Shown here one piece after another: positions 50,860 to 64,000 of a stretch of DNA of 64,000 bases (positions are counted from its first letter, which is position 1; the number at the start of each line of letters is the position of its first letter). The position numbers and the translations under genes are program-made. Below the pieces are notes generated by a model. It was not told the DNA's origin, made no database searches, and worked only from the letters and a program-made list of their open reading frames with translations. Source of the stretch: Felis catus (lineage: Eukaryota); contig NC_058383.1 of assembly GCF_018350175.1 (NCBI RefSeq), forward strand, positions 30,940,001 through 31,004,000, read 5' to 3'.

Positions 50860-51541
50860 TGATGCAGACTGAATGTGTCCCCGGCCAAGAGTCCTATGTC
50901 CAAGCTTACCGAGCATGTGACGTCGTTATGAGGCGGGCCTTTGGGAGGGGACCGGTCATGAGGATGGAATCCCATGAATGGAATTCGGGCCTGTCTTCCA
51001 CCATTCAGGCTGCTAGAACAGTATTTGGGTAAATTCCAAAAAACAAAAACCAAAACGTATTCCTCAACTGTTCTAGAGGCTGCAGGTCCCAGAGCAGGGT
51101 GACAGCAGGGCTGGGCTCTGGTGACGGCACTTCTCCGGGCAGCAGACTGACACTGCTCGCAGTGTGTGCTCGCAGGTGGAAGGGGCTGGGGGCTCTTGGG
51201 CATCTTTCATTGGGGCGCTAGCCTCCCTGCTGAGGACTCGTCCTTATGATCTAACCACCCCCCATAAGCCCCACTTCCGAATACCACCCCCGTGGGCACT
51301 AGGTTCTGGTGCAGGGGGGACACAAACGTTCAGACCATAGCGGTGTCCTTAGAGGAAGGAGCAGCAGAGCTTCCCGTCTCTCTCCACCGTGTGAGGAAAC
51401 AGGAAGACGGTGTCTGCAAAGCAGGAGGTGGGCCCTCACCAAGACATGGACCCACTGGAGCCCTGACTGGGGACTTTCCAGCGCCCAAGGTCTGCTGCTC
51501 ACACTGGGGTATCATTTCAGCAGCCTTAACAGACCCAGACA
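50860..51541 (+). mobile_element. MLT1A-like solo LTR (outer), split by a nested LTR
   Basis: cagactgaatgtgtcccc...gggcctttgggagg...gtcatgagg...catgaatggaatt [insert] gtgtccttagagg...ccgtgtgagga...gggccctcaccaagaca...cagcagccttaacagacccagaca. Confidence 0.75.
50992..51342 (-). mobile_element. MLT1A-like solo LTR (inner, inverted)
   Basis: tgtcttccaccattcaggctgctagaaca...gttctagaggctg...ggggggacacaaacgttcagaccatagc is the reverse complement of a full MLT1A-type LTR. Confidence 0.8.
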
Positions 51542-54500
51542 GCTCACTCAGGGGAAGAGGAGAGTCCCGTGTGGGGTGGGAACCATGAGCCTCAGGCCGT
51601 CGCCAGGATTCTCCTCTCTGGCTGGTGCAGCTCACACGGGTTCTGTCGATGGCGCCGGGACTCCTGGGTCCTATCCTGCGGGCAACATAGCTCAGCTCAC
51701 CGAATCACCCACGGCAATGGGAAGGTGGCCCTCTCTTCTTTTGCCAGATCGTAGCGCTGAGCCTGCAACCTTACCTCTTCTGGTGCACTGGGGGCTCACG
51801 CTAGACCAGAGAAGGTGCGGTTCAGGCAGGGGCTGTGCTTTTGCTCACCGCTGTATCTCAGAGCCAAATCGTGGTGCCTGACACCGTTGAGGCTCAGAAA
51901 TCACCAATAAAGGGATGGGGGGGGGGGAGGGTCACCAAAACAGTCCAGCAGGTGCAACCATCATGGCTGCCCTCATTCCTATCTGCTTACAGGACCTTCT
52001 TCCACATCAAAACTAAGCCTCTCTCTATGCCTGTTCCATGGGTTCTGGCACCTTCTGTGGTGATGTTTTACATGGACACCAGGGAAGCTTTCTGACCCAA
52101 GACTTTTGACGAGGGAAAGGAGGTGTGAGGTGAGCACAAAGGGGGCAGGCTTGCAGGCAGGGGGGCCTCAGGGCGGACCCACCTCCACGGCCCCCAGTGT
52201 GAGATGTGGCAGGCTGACAGAGCTTCTGGGCCTGGGGCTCCGCCCTGAAGGAGGGCGCTGATGCCTGATCACTGGGGGGTGTCGACGGTCAGACCGTGTA
52301 CACAGAGCTCCAAGGACAGTGCCTGGGGTATTACAAGTGTACCACACACAAGAGTGAGGAACAAAGAAGAAAATAAAACAGAGGCCACCCGCTCCTGAAT
52401 GCGGGCTTCCCAGAGGGCACACGCACTCACAGAGGCTGGTTCTGAAGCCAATGGAAAGTTCTGGAGCCTTTTCGACAGAGGCAGACGTGAATTTCCGAAC
52501 GTGACATCATCTCTGGACCGTTCCCATGTTGGAGAAATCTCCCTGACACTCTGGGTCACCGACCCGGACCCCCCCAGGCACGAACCACGTCCAGCCCCAC
52601 CCCGTCTGTGCCAATAGCCCATGCACTGCTTTCCTGAGGTCACGGCTCGCAACCTGCACAGGGAGGAACTGCGTCTGGCAGCCCACAAGGCAGACGCCTT
52701 CGGGGCTCTCTCGTCCAGAAGCCTCTACCCACCTGTCCACGGGGCGTGATCACTCTGCCTTCACACCTCAGCGGGCCACGCGTCTCCTACGGAGCGGCTC
52801 CTGCGGCCTCCACCTTGTGCCTGGATCCTTCTCTCCAGCCCTGGAAGCTCCCCCAGCTCAGGGACACTGTCAGGCTGACTTCAGTATAAATCCCGTGATG
52901 CCCGGCCCTCTGCACTGCACACAGGAGGCCCGCCAGGTTTGTGTCTGTGACTCAGGTACAGAGGACCAGGGCCAGGCACCTGCAGCCAGCGCAAAGACGA
53001 CCAGTCCCAGCCCAATGGGAGAGCAAAACTCCTGATGTCGACCTTTACCCCTCAACAGGACAGGCTGCTCTGTAAGGCGGGGAGCTCCCTGTGACCACAA
53101 GATCGCTACAAGCAAAGGCTGGTCCCTGCCAACCCTCCCAGCCTATCCTCACACTTATTTTTGTTTTTAACTCACTACGCCCTGATACGATGGTCTCCCG
53201 GTCCCTCCGCTGAGCCCTGCCCCATCGCAGAGTCTCCCTCAAGCCTCCTTGCTCTTCCGTCCCATGACGGAGAACCCAGCGCACACATTACCTCCTGGGG
53301 GTGGTGTTCCCTGACCACCCCGTCTACAGAGCCTCTTCCCAACAAGACGGGGTTCTGTGCCCCTCGGGCCTTCAGGTCGCCCCTTCCCCTTACGTGTGGG
53401 CTGCATCCAGGGACGACTTCCGAATAGCTCATGGCACAAGTTCTGCGACCCCACCGCTAAGGGAAGTTACAGAAGACTGACCCCGTCTCGCTCTCACCCT
53501 CTCCGCCTCCCAGCGGCGGACACGTGTGAGCTGTCCTAAGGGGACACCCCAGTGACCAGGAACGGAGGGCTGTCTGCGGCCCCTGGCCAGCAAGGCCCTC
53601 AGGCCCAAAGGGGAACAGGCCGGCACATTCACAGACCGGATGGCAAACCTTGCCAACAGAACAACAAAATGTCTAAAACCACTAAGCGTGGGAGGCATTT
53701 GTTTGTTTTTTTTCGCACAGAAAAAAACCCCCTAGACTACCTTCTTGATTGGCGACTTGTTTTTAGTGTCTTCCCTGTGCTACGACATAAGCTCCAGAGA
53801 GGCAGGACCCAGTGTGGCTGGCGTGCCCGCCAAAGGCACTCGCCATCTGTGAAACGGAAACAACGCCAACAGAATTTCCGTGTCAGGTCAGAGCAGGACG
53901 TCTCTGGACTCCACTCCCTCCGGCGTCAGGGTTCTGGGACGTCGGCCACGCTTGGACGTGAGGCCCCAGCACAGTCCCCCGGGGGAGGGTCCTCACGGGG
54001 GCTCCGGCCATTGAAGCCAACACTCGAGCGAGCCCGGGAGACCGGTGGACACGGCAGACTGTGCCGGCCTTAGGTGAGTGGCGTCGCACAATCCTGTCAC
54101 AAGTGGGGAGGACTCCTCCTCCCTCATTTAACCGACAAGAAAACGGAGACCCACGCTGCTCAAGTAACGGACAGCCACCTGCTGGTCAGACTCGAAGCCA
54201 GGTCTGTCTGATTCCCCACGTGGGGCACCTCCCTCCACACCAACCTGAACTTCACGTTCCTGCTTCGGCAAAGTTAGTCGGAAGGGAGAGGGCAGCTGTG
54301 CAGGCGTCCCCTGTCTCGCGCCATTTGTCCTGGAGAAGGCACGGGCGTGTGACCTCAGCACCGATACACTGAGGCAGGCGCGTGTTGCTTTGTAAGTCAG
54401 GCCAGAAACCAACAACTAAAACCGGTCTTTCAACACGACCCGCTGCTCTCCCAGGGGCACGAACACACCAACTGTCACTGGCTTCGGTACGGGAAACAGC

Positions 54501-54999
54501 AGTCATCCCAGGAGGACCCTGGGGATGGGCTGGGGGTGGGGACGGGGCTGGGCCCCATCAGGGCTCTGCCTGAGGGGGAGGTGTTCTAGGACCGGGACCA
54601 CGTTGAGCCCGTGCCTGGCTGCAAAGGGAGGTAGGAGCTTCTCTCTACGGAAAGGATGCAGAGCCCCCACTCAGAGGAGCAGACTGGTCGACGCATTGAC
54701 TGTGCCAAGGTAGGGTCTTCGGGGGAAAGCTGTGCCACTGCAGCAGGCACGACTGAACCAATACAGTGGCGAGAGCCACCATCGCCGCGTCTGCCCCATC
54801 CCTTGACAACACCTGACGCCCACACACACGGCCTCTGGCCTCCTGAAGGCGTCTCCCTGCCGTGAACTCTGCGAACGACCGCCCAGCACGGACTCCTCTT
54901 CCTCACGATGCAACCTGGACTTGCCTTTGCGGAATCCAGAAACTAAAACAAAAGGAGACCACGTGTCACTTGCTATGGAAATGACCGCAAACCAAGTCA

Positions 55000-55497
55000 A
55001 CAGTCGAGGGCCGACTTCACGGGTAGGTGACCAGCGGGGTGGGCCCTTCACTCGGGGCTTGAAGCTCTGTGCTTAGCACCTTGAAATTCTTAGGAATTTC
55101 ACCTGTGAACCGATGCTGAGTGAAGCGTGAGGGGCAGTGGGGTGTGTGCACGAGCAGAGGGACACGCGGAGTCCTGGCTGCCTGCTTCCCGGCCCCCACC
55201 TAGGAAGGGCCGCCAGGCTCCACTCCCGACGGGGCCCGCGTACGGCACAGGCCCGCGCAGGTCACGCCATGGCACTGGGCTCCTGGTGCCTGCGAGGGTC
55301 CACAGTCACAAGGAGTCTGAGGGTCCCCAAGGGAACGTCAGGTCCAAGGGCCAATAAAAACTTGAAAAACAACGCTGACAGGTCAAGAGAGAGAGAAAGG
55401 GTGGAAGGCAGGAAGACACTTTCATGCTACTTTTTCAACAAAGGCCTGCATTTTCATTCTGCACTGGGCCCTGCAGACCATGCAGCCGGCCATGCCA
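55000..55497. mobile_element. hAT-Tip100 (Zaphod/MER115/MER91-like) fossil
   Basis: ccttgaaattcttagg...gagcagagggacacgcg and terminal ttttcattctgcactgggccctgcagaccatgcagccggccatg. Confidence 0.5.
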
Positions 55498-56384
55498 GGG
55501 GCAAAGGACAGATCCAAAGGAGGTATTTCTGTAACGCAGATGACGAGTTCTTATGAATCATCGAGTGAAACGGTCCCTGCCCCATTTCTCAACACAAGCA
55601 TCTGTCAGGACTGATGCCGCCCCTATCCCAAGTGACTGGCTCAGGGACAGCCACATCACAGTGCAGGGGAAGGCAGGAGACGGCTGCAGAGGCTTCTGGA
55701 AAGACTGGTGGGCTCCACCTCCCTGCGGATGGTATGACCCGAGGCTGGGAGCTCCAGAGCTGCGAGGAGGTGCCGTCCAGGAACGGAGGTGCATACCCTG
55801 GGAGCTCAGCGGACAGCAGCGAGGGACGTGGGTGCCTCGGTGACCACTCCCGAGCTGCCGGACTGTGCCTCACCTGCCGCGGCCTTTTCTAGGACGTTCT
55901 GCAAAGACTGCTCTGTTCTGAAAGCAGAGTCAAAAATGGTGCCTTGGGAAAGGCAGACCCTCATTGGGAACCTTAAAAGATCTCCGGCTAGTAGCTCTGG
56001 GGACAACGTGGCACTGTGACGTGAACGGGGCTCTCGGAGGGAAGACAAACCTAGATCTGGATGCCAGCTCCATCACGTACTCGCTGACCCTGAACAGGTG
56101 ACACAACTTACGTTCAATGTCATGTACTCAGGGTCCTTGTCTTATAAAAGAAGCTACTGCTAACTGCTGCCTAGGGTGGTTAAGAAGGTAAAATTGAGAG
56201 AAAACCCTCAAGGGCCTGGCCAAGCCTGGTTTTCAGTTACTGTTCAGTCCCTTTGCCTTCCGTGGCTTCCGCTAACGCCCGCCTCAGGGTACGGCTGAGG
56301 AAAGAGCACTTCCTTGCACGGCGGTCTTCTTCGACTACAACGGGAGGATCGAGGATTTGTCATTTGCCACCCTTTCAAAATACC

Positions 56385-56610
56385 TTTTTTTTTTTAATTT
56401 TTTTTTCAACGTTTATTTATTTTTGGGACAGAGAGAGACAGAGCATGAACGGGGGAGGGGCAGAGAGAGAGGGAGACACAGAATCTGAAACAGGCTCCAG
56501 GCTCCGAGCTGTCAGCACAGAGCCCGACGCGGGGCTCGAACTCACATACCGCGAGATCGTGACCTGAACCAAAGTCGGACGCTCAACTGACTGAGCCACC
56601 CAGGTGCCCC
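56385..56610 (-). mobile_element. Young SINEC_Fc
   Basis: Near-consensus; TSD tcaaaatacc at 56375-56384 and 56611-56620. Confidence 0.95.
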
Positions 56611-57924
56611 TCAAAATACCCTTTAAGGAAATACACAAGTCACTCGTTTCAGCACAAACCCCGGAAACAAAGAAAACACAGGATCGCAATCACTTTTCGA
56701 TAAGAGAATAAAATTCTACGGTATTACAGTCAACACAATGAAAGCAGCAGCCAGTGAGACGGGCCAACACACGCAGGCCGATCTGAACAGATAAAGGGGA
56801 GGGCGAACAGAGCTTCACGTCCCCCACTGCAAGTTTTGGTTTCTGTTTTTTTGTTGTTTTTCCTGCCAAGAACGCTTCTGCAGTCAAATTCATTTCCGGC
56901 TCCCATGCCATCCTGGGATGCTGAGCAGAGACTGTGTTTTGAAAACCGTGACTCTACCTGTGTTACAGTGAAATCCAAAACAAAACTTGCTCCTTAAGAG
57001 CTGAAAGACTGCAACACTAGGTAATCTCAACCTTCTGCTTCCTGCTCTATGAACAGTCAGTGCCTCTGGGTCTCTGGTGCTGGTCTCCTTTAACTTGATC
57101 TGAAACGTAAATATTGTTTTTCTACCTCACTGAACGCCAACCGGTTCTTCTTCGAATATAATGGTTCAGCAAAGACAAAGTGTCCTCGCCCCCACACCTG
57201 CAATGTTTGTGAACGGAGGCAGGAGAGGGTGGAGGGGGCAGGTGCCACGGCCGGGTTAAAACCCCGATCCCGCCAGCTGCGAGCTGTATGAGCTTGGGCA
57301 TGACGGATGCTCGCCAGGCCCTGACATCCTCGCAAGTGAGACCTGGATAACCGTGGTAGCCACAGGATGGGGCGACCATTCGAAGCAACTGACGCGATCT
57401 GAGTAAGGCACCGAGCGCTCCGACACCAGGACGCACGCTCTCGCAGCACTAGCGGCTACTACCGGGACGAATGAACACCGCTGCACGGGACCTTCTTTGA
57501 CTGGCGAGCGAATTCTTCACCCAGCGACAGTTCCAAGTAAAACCGATTCTCCTCCATGTCTGTAAGAACCTTCCCACCACGCCCCAGGCCTGCCTGGAGT
57601 CCAAGGCTCTCAGAGACCTATGACCTACGGCCCAGCCGTGTAAGACCAACATGACTGAGCCCGGACGGTCCACAGAAATCATGCTTCCACGGGACATCAT
57701 CACCGTGGGGATTGCTGCTGAGGGTCCTGCCGGCCTCTCCCCATTACAATTTAAGTCATTTCCCACAGAAAGAGGCAGGAGACAGCGGTCCATCTCCCTA
57801 GAGGCACCTTGGCAGATTCCATTCTCTGGCACATAGTTGCTCAATCAATGTTGAGTGAATGACATACCTCCAAGTCTGTATATAAAATCAAACCTGAGAA
57901 ACTCTTGCTTTAAAAGGGCTTGGG

Positions 57925-58160
57925 AGGCTGATTACTTAAAGCAAATGCCCACAGGGGCCGGGCAGGTAAACAGCTACACAATCAGGCCAGACAGGGGACC
58001 ACCTCCTAGAGAAGGGGCAGCAGATATTTAGCCCCAAGCAAGCACAGACCCACTCCTGATGGATATTTCCACATTTTTTCAAGAGAAATTGGAATTCAAA
58101 GATTTTTGGGGAATGTCTTGGTTGCTGAACGTTGTCAGTAAAATCAATTAAACATTTTTT
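57925..58160 (+). mobile_element. MER102-like fragment
   Basis: caaatgcccacaggggccgggcaggtaaac...gaaggggcagcag...tttttcaagagaaattggaattc. Confidence 0.55.
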
Positions 58161-58167
58161 AAGTTTA

Positions 58168-58383
58168 GGGGCACCTGGGTGGCTCAGTCGGTTGAGCATC
58201 CGACTTCAGCTCAGGTCACAATCTCGTGGTCCTTGAGTTCAAGGCCCACGTCCGGCTCTGTGCTGACAGCTCAGAGCCTGGAGCCCGCTTAGGATTCTGT
58301 GTCTCCTTCTCTCTCTTCCCCTCCCTCGCTTGCACCCTCTCTCTCAAAAATAAACAAACATTTAAAAAACTTCAAAATAAAAA
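58168..58383 (+). mobile_element. SINEC_Fc-type Can-SINE
   Basis: ggggcacctgggtggctcagtcggttgagcatccgacttcagctcagg...ctctcaaaaataaacaaac. Confidence 0.93.
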
Positions 58384-59175
58384 GGCCTGTGAACAAGCCC
58401 TTACACTGGAGCTGCCCCAAGTTAAGAAGGTTCATCCATGCTGTGCTTCCTTTTGAAACAGCCCATCCCAAAGATCTCCTGAGGGAGGGTTTTAAATCAA
58501 CATCCACATCCTGTCATGCCACTCTTCAGCCAGAACTTTTAAAAATGTGGAAGGGGGGTTTCAGAAGAGACACTCTCTTTGAAATACAATTTACTCCTTA
58601 TTTCTTTTCGGCTGAAAGCAATGATCCCTTTGTTTTTATCTTTCCTAAAAGGGTCTCTGAAAAATGACCACCCCCCGCCCCCCCGCCAATGGTTAACCAA
58701 CAGACCCACCAGCTACACGAGGAAGGAAGCACTCCCACCACACAGCATTACGGGCAGGGAAATGACAGCGAAAGGCACGGGGCACAGGCAGGCCGGTGCA
58801 TCCAGTCCAGGGGCTGCTGTTAAGACTCTGCCGGGGCTCTCAGGACAACCCGACGGCTCTGGTTAAACGTGCTCTTTCCGCAATCAACATGCAAGAGCCA
58901 CGCGACATCACGGGAGCGCCCCACTCCTGCCCAGTCCCCCGAACGCAAGCTCTGTGGCGGGTGCGGGAAGCGGTCCAAGGAGGGCCTTACCACCTGCTCG
59001 GGAGGAAATCCTCATCAGAGGATACTGTGACAAAGACAGACAGAGATGTGAAGTCAGACAGGACTGGGTCTGGACCTGGACCGTGAGCCCCCCAGGAGGG
59101 AAGTTCTCGTTGGCAGCAACAAGCCCAGCTCCTGCATTACTGCAGAGCCACCACGGGCACCTGACGAAAAGGTGC

Positions 59176-59200
59176 TGAATGAATGAATGAATGAATGAAT
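59176..59200. repeat. (TGAA)6 microsatellite, probably an L2 tail
   Basis: tgaatgaatgaatgaatgaatgaat. Confidence 0.8.
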
Positions 59201-61523
59201 GTGGTCTGACCTCCTCACTTTGTCATCTCATGTCACTGGTGGAATAACATCACCTCTCTGAGCTTCAGGTTTATTATCTCTTAAACGGGAAAAACACCAC
59301 CACCATACACACAGCAGTCAGGGGACGACACAACAGGGCGCCCGGCACTCCCCAGGTGTCACACATTCGCCTGCCTCCTTCCTTCCGTTCCCTCTGTGTG
59401 AACAGGCACAGACACCTGCAGAAGCATAGCCGGGAGGGTCTCAGAGCTGGCCCCTCAGGAGAGGAGCTGCACCGGCTGGAGGTGAAGCTTGAAGGACCAG
59501 AGCAGGTATCTCAAGGAAGAAGGAGGGTGGCTGAAGCCAAGAGAAAGTCAAAGAAAAGCAGACAGGACTGTGAGGGCTGAGGAAGAGTCTGCAGAAAAAG
59601 TGTGCAAAAAGGCAAGTGACACAGGTCAGGCTGAGTGAGTGACGCAGAGACAGGGTGCCCATCCAGGGGCTGCCGGTGCTGGTGAACGCGAAAGGCGGGC
59701 CTAGAGCTGGTGCCCTCACGAGCCAGAAGCGTCTGCTGAAGGATCCCGGGGGAGCCCAGAGCCACCCCACCAAGCTCCAGGTCTTTCTCAAGTTTTTAGA
59801 CCATGGCCTTCACTATGATCGGGACGGGAGAGGGTTTGAAGGCCTTATTCCAACAGGCAAAAGGGATACACGGAGAACAACACACATTTTTAAAATACTG
59901 CCAATGAAGCTGCTTTAACCAGACATTCCTGACAGGCGCGATCACTAAGGAGCTTCTCGGCTACAAGCAAATGTTAAATGTTCCCCAACTTCTGTGGAAA
60001 AGGATGGTGCTTCATGCAAAGAAAAACCAGAGGCAGCCGTGTGGCAACGAGGCCAGGACAGGCACACCTGCGTGCACCTGTCGGAGGCACACGCACACAC
60101 ACACCCCTGGTTCTGAGCCAGACTACACGTTCATCCTCCTGGACCATCACACTTTATCCCAAGAGGAACGGTAACAATGTTGATGACAGCAGTAGCAACC
60201 AAAGTAACGAACGCTTATGCTACAAATGGCTTAATTATCATCCCGTCCTGAGAAAGGTCTTCTGTTGCTCCCATTTCGCAGACGGGGAAAGTGAGGCTCG
60301 GGGAAGCTAAAGAACATGCCCACAATGACCCAGCATAGGTGATATAACACCCACGCTGCTAGCACCTGTATGGAAGACAACCTGCTTCCGATGCTTCTCA
60401 GAACAAGAATTAATTAGTTAGTTAGTTAATTCTGGGGCAGCCTCCAATCCTTTTTCGGCACACCTAAGTCAAAGCAACCTGTGCCCAAGGAGACCGACCT
60501 GGAGCACAGAGAGAAGGCACTAGTCTTTCTTCCACCCTGTTAGGGCGGAACCTTCCTCCATGCAGGAGGTTCTGAGAACGAAGCCCAACCAAGTCCGGCA
60601 GCCTGGGAAGTCGGTCTCAAGAGCAGCTGAGGCCAAGACGCTGTTTCTGGAGAAGGCCGGGCAGGCCTGGCACGTGGGCCCTACCCGTACCCAGCTCCCG
60701 TGCGCCCGGGCCCAAGGTGGGAGGCTGTGGGGCAAAGCCACAGCCCTCTGCCAAGTACGGATGCAGCTGTGGACCAAGAGGCTGAGGCTGGCTTCCCAGG
60801 CCCAAGATCAACTGAACTGTTCTCAGCTTGTGGAAGGCGGATGAGGAATCCTCTGGTAGCCTGTGAGAAGAGGGAGCGGGCGTGGGGTGGACACCCATGT
60901 TCTGTATCCAAGACTTGGCCCGAATCTTAACGAAGGAAGGAAACGCGGGGAGCAAGCCTTTCCTTTCAAAGATAAAACTGCCCCCAAACTTACCCCACTG
61001 AGTAATGAGAATCCGTGGCTAGAAATATTTGACGTGACTTCCCGAGAGCCGGGGTGCTGACATCAGCTCCAGAGCCTGCCACAGGCACAGGCACAGGCAC
61101 GGAGAGCTGGAACTTGAGCGGTGGTGAAGAACCAGGGCTCTGGGATTCGGCCGCCCGGCCCGGCTACCTGCCTGGAGGTCACCTGAGGCCGCTATTTGAA
61201 CTCTCCAAGACTCAGTTTCCGTAGTGGTGACTACGCCCGCCTATCTCCCAGAGCGGTCGGATTACATGGTGCACGTCTTACAGAAAGTCTGGCTCCAAGA
61301 TGCACTGCAGGGGCCTTAGCCATTATTGTCTGGAACCACCAAGCCCATTCCACAGATGAGGCACGTGAGGCCCAGGGAGGTTACGTCACTTGTTCAAGGC
61401 CCCGGCGGAGATGGGGGGGGGGGGGGGTCACTGTTTCCTAGGCAACATCTCTGTACCAGCTCCCTCGTAAGTCCCAACATCGCCACGAGGTCAGAACTAC
61501 CGTCCCCGTTCTACGGACACAGA

Positions 61524-61736
61524 CCAGAGCCCGTGACAAACTACGGCAAACTACCACCCACGGGCCAGATCCAGTCTGTGGCCCGTGTCCCTACACAAAG
61601 TTTTATGGGGACACAGCCACGGCCATCCGTTTACATACTGTTTACGGTGTGCGTCACAATGACAGGGCCCACAGGGCCCGCAAAGCCTACCACACGTCCC
61701 ATCTGGCTCCTCAGAGGAAAAGTCGACCCACCCCTG
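61524..61736 (+). mobile_element. MER58A-like element
   Basis: ggcaaactaccacccacgggccagatccag...aaagttttatggggacacagccacggccatccgtttacatactg...ggcccgcaaagcct...atctggctcc. Confidence 0.75.
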
Positions 61737-61942
61737 GCTGAGAGTAACGGGCAGGTGGTGGCTGGGAGGTTCGCTAGTGCGCCCAGGCCAGCACAGCAAG
61801 GAGAGCGGGAACTTGGCCACCAGGCCAACCCTGAGCGCCATCTGGACTCTACCACTCCCGCTGCGTGACCGGAGGTGAAAGACCAATCGTCTAGTCGTCC
61901 TGTACTGGTTTCTTCACGTGTGCGACACGGATAAGACCAGCC

Positions 61943-62120
61943 AAGGGTGTCCCGGCCTCAGCACCGCTAACGTTTGGGGCTCGACAGTTCCTTGCTGTGA
62001 GGTGTCCTGTGCATTGTAGGATGTTAGCGGCATCCCTGGCCTCTACTCATGGGGCCAGTGGCACCCCCTCCCAACGTTGCCACATGTCCCCTGGGGCACA
62101 GTCACCACCACCTGCCACCA
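61943..62120 (-). mobile_element. MER20 element
   Basis: gtcctgtgcattgtaggatgttagcggcatccctggcctctac...ttgccacatgtcccctgggg. Confidence 0.75.
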
Positions 62121-64000
62121 CCACACAAAGAATCCTCAGGCTGGCCGGTCACAGGCACGGGCGCGAGGTGGGCCGGGCGGACTGAGCCCTCTGCGTGGGC
62201 CCTGAGCCTGGAGTCCTCATCCGTGGTAGCGGGTGGCTAGGAAAGCTTAGCGAGGTGGCATCTGAGGACGAGAACCCAGGGCCACTGGAGGCATCCACTG
62301 GTGGCATTTTTAGACGGAGCAGGGGTATATTCTCACGATTTTCATCGTGCTACTCAGTGACATCTACTTGGGTCAAAAGGGTGAGGTGGGCCAGCTGGGG
62401 ACCAGATCACACGTTTACGTCTGTCTGTGGGAGAAGGCCCTGCGTAACCCAACTCAGGACGGCACCTGGCACGCACCCCATTCTCAGACTGGAGCCCCGC
62501 AGGACACACAGGCACCCTCAAGGATGCCAACATCTGAATCCCTCTGGGAAGAGAGCCCTTTGTCAAGGGTAAGAATGAGGAAGGAACACGCTGAAAAACA
62601 TGAGTTCCGTCTTTCCATGTTGGCTCAACAGGCAAGGGCCGCTCCGCAGGTGAGCACACGTCTCTAGACGGCCCTCTTGAGGGACATAAAGCAGGACTCG
62701 GTGCCAGGGAACCGTGAACTCGAGAAGGCCGACACCATCCAGGGAAGTGTGCTCCCCATTTGGCAAGCGGAGACGCTAAAATAACGTATGTTCCTGTTTA
62801 CTGCACAGGCCTGTGCTCGATACAAATCACTCGGGTCATTTGTGCCACCGAAACACACCATCACAGAAGCCACCGGGATCCAAGTTATCTTCACGTGACA
62901 ACTCTGTTCAGCGCGTGGGATTCATTGGCCAGGACTCCGCCAAGGGCCCGACTACATAATCCAGGCAGCCAGAGCTCCCCGCTCTTACGGCGTGTGAGCG
63001 GGCGTCAGCTGCCGGGGCAGCCTGACACCTCCATCCTGTCTACTGTCACAGCACGAAGGTTTTGGGAAACCGTCATCTGCCCACCCCCAATGTGCACGAC
63101 GGCAGCCCCAGCTGGGGTCCCACCGGCCCCTGCCCCCACCAAGACCCCATCCCACGCCTTCAGCTGGACTTATGGAGCTGCCAGGACGGAAGCCTGGAGC
63201 CCCTGCCACGTGAAGCCTGCTGAGAACAACACCAGGGTGAGGGAGCGAGCTAGGAGAGGCAGGGAGGTGGCGTCCTCGTCCGTCGCCGGGGCACCCGTAT
63301 CCAGCCACCGCCCCTCCAAGAGTCCTTTATGGGCGCCAATCAACTTGGCTGCAAGAGCGCCAAAATCGTGTTAGGACAGGTCTCTGGCAACCGTAACAAC
63401 AAGGAGCCGAGCGAGTGAGATGCATCCGTGAAGAGTAAGATCCAAGCACAGTCAGCAGAGCTGTGACAGAAGGGGAATCTGGTTTAGCGGACGCCCAAGG
63501 GAAGGGACCGACAAGCCTCCTCAGGAGAGGCTTGAACGTGGCGAGACAAGGGAGGGGGGACCGAGGAGTCAGAGCGCCGGGTCCTCCGGGGACACAGAAC
63601 CACAAATCCCAAGCATACCGGAACCAGGCACGCTCCACAAAGCCTTGCCGTCCACAGTCTCCCCCGGGGCCGAGAGCGAAGAGCTTCGGGGCCGGGCCCA
63701 CAGCCCGTACTTCTGCTTTCTGAGTGCTGCTGCCAGCACAGAAAATGGGGTCACTGGGGATACGAGGCGGCCAAAAGCTTGCTATTTCGCTTGTAGAAGA
63801 ACTCTCTTTACATTTGCTAAGCTGCTCGGAACCATCGTGGGGTCCATTTCGAGAGTAGCTGCTTTAACGAACGCTTTTTATCAGAAAGACCAAGGGATGC
63901 TAACAAGCCAGAAGCATCTATGGTGGAGAGAAATAATGCTAGTAGTAAAACGACAAAAGCCAATAGTCACAACGAAGCAGCTAACATTCACGGAGGCGTT

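Larger units (their letters stand above)
1..64000 (-). other. SNX29: Internal portion of the SNX29 gene (two coding exons plus large introns); the gene extends beyond both window ends
   Basis: Two minus-strand exons with canonical AG/GT splice sites join in frame to give ...QELIDLRGP|VPGDLSQTSEDQSLSDFEI, matching my recollection of the SNX29 coiled-coil-to-PX linker. Confidence 0.92.

Noticed and set aside
1..64000. CRISPR array, operon or other prokaryotic/viral system
   Set aside because: No regularly spaced direct repeats and no gene-dense coding sequence; the dispersed repeats are mammalian SINEs.

Overview
GC-rich mammalian genomic DNA from a felid (cat or close relative), judged from many Can-SINE copies of the SINEC_Fc type and a carnivore L1 fragment. 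The whole window lies inside the minus-strand gene SNX29 (sorting nexin 29; RUN domain, coiled coil, C-terminal PX domain). Two coding exons are clear: 35204-35320 (117 nt, VAEMHGELIEFNERLHRALVAKEALVSQMRQELIDLRGP) and 867-922 (56 nt, VPGDLSQTSEDQSLSDFE-I), separated by a 34,281-nt intron. The rest is intronic and rich in repeats (Can-SINEs, MIR, L2, old L1M, MLT1 LTRs, hAT/Tigger DNA fossils, microsatellites). Nearly all entries in the ORF track are spurious. I found no convincing novel biological system. The best leads are (1) a candidate intronic alternative last exon plus poly(A) site at ~22480-23454 that would give a PX-less SNX29, (2) a candidate 21-nt in-frame microexon at 35462-35482, and (3) several cleanly resolvable nested or inverted transposon structures. 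Gene and repeat family names come from recalled sequences, not a database search, and boundaries of old repeats are approximate.
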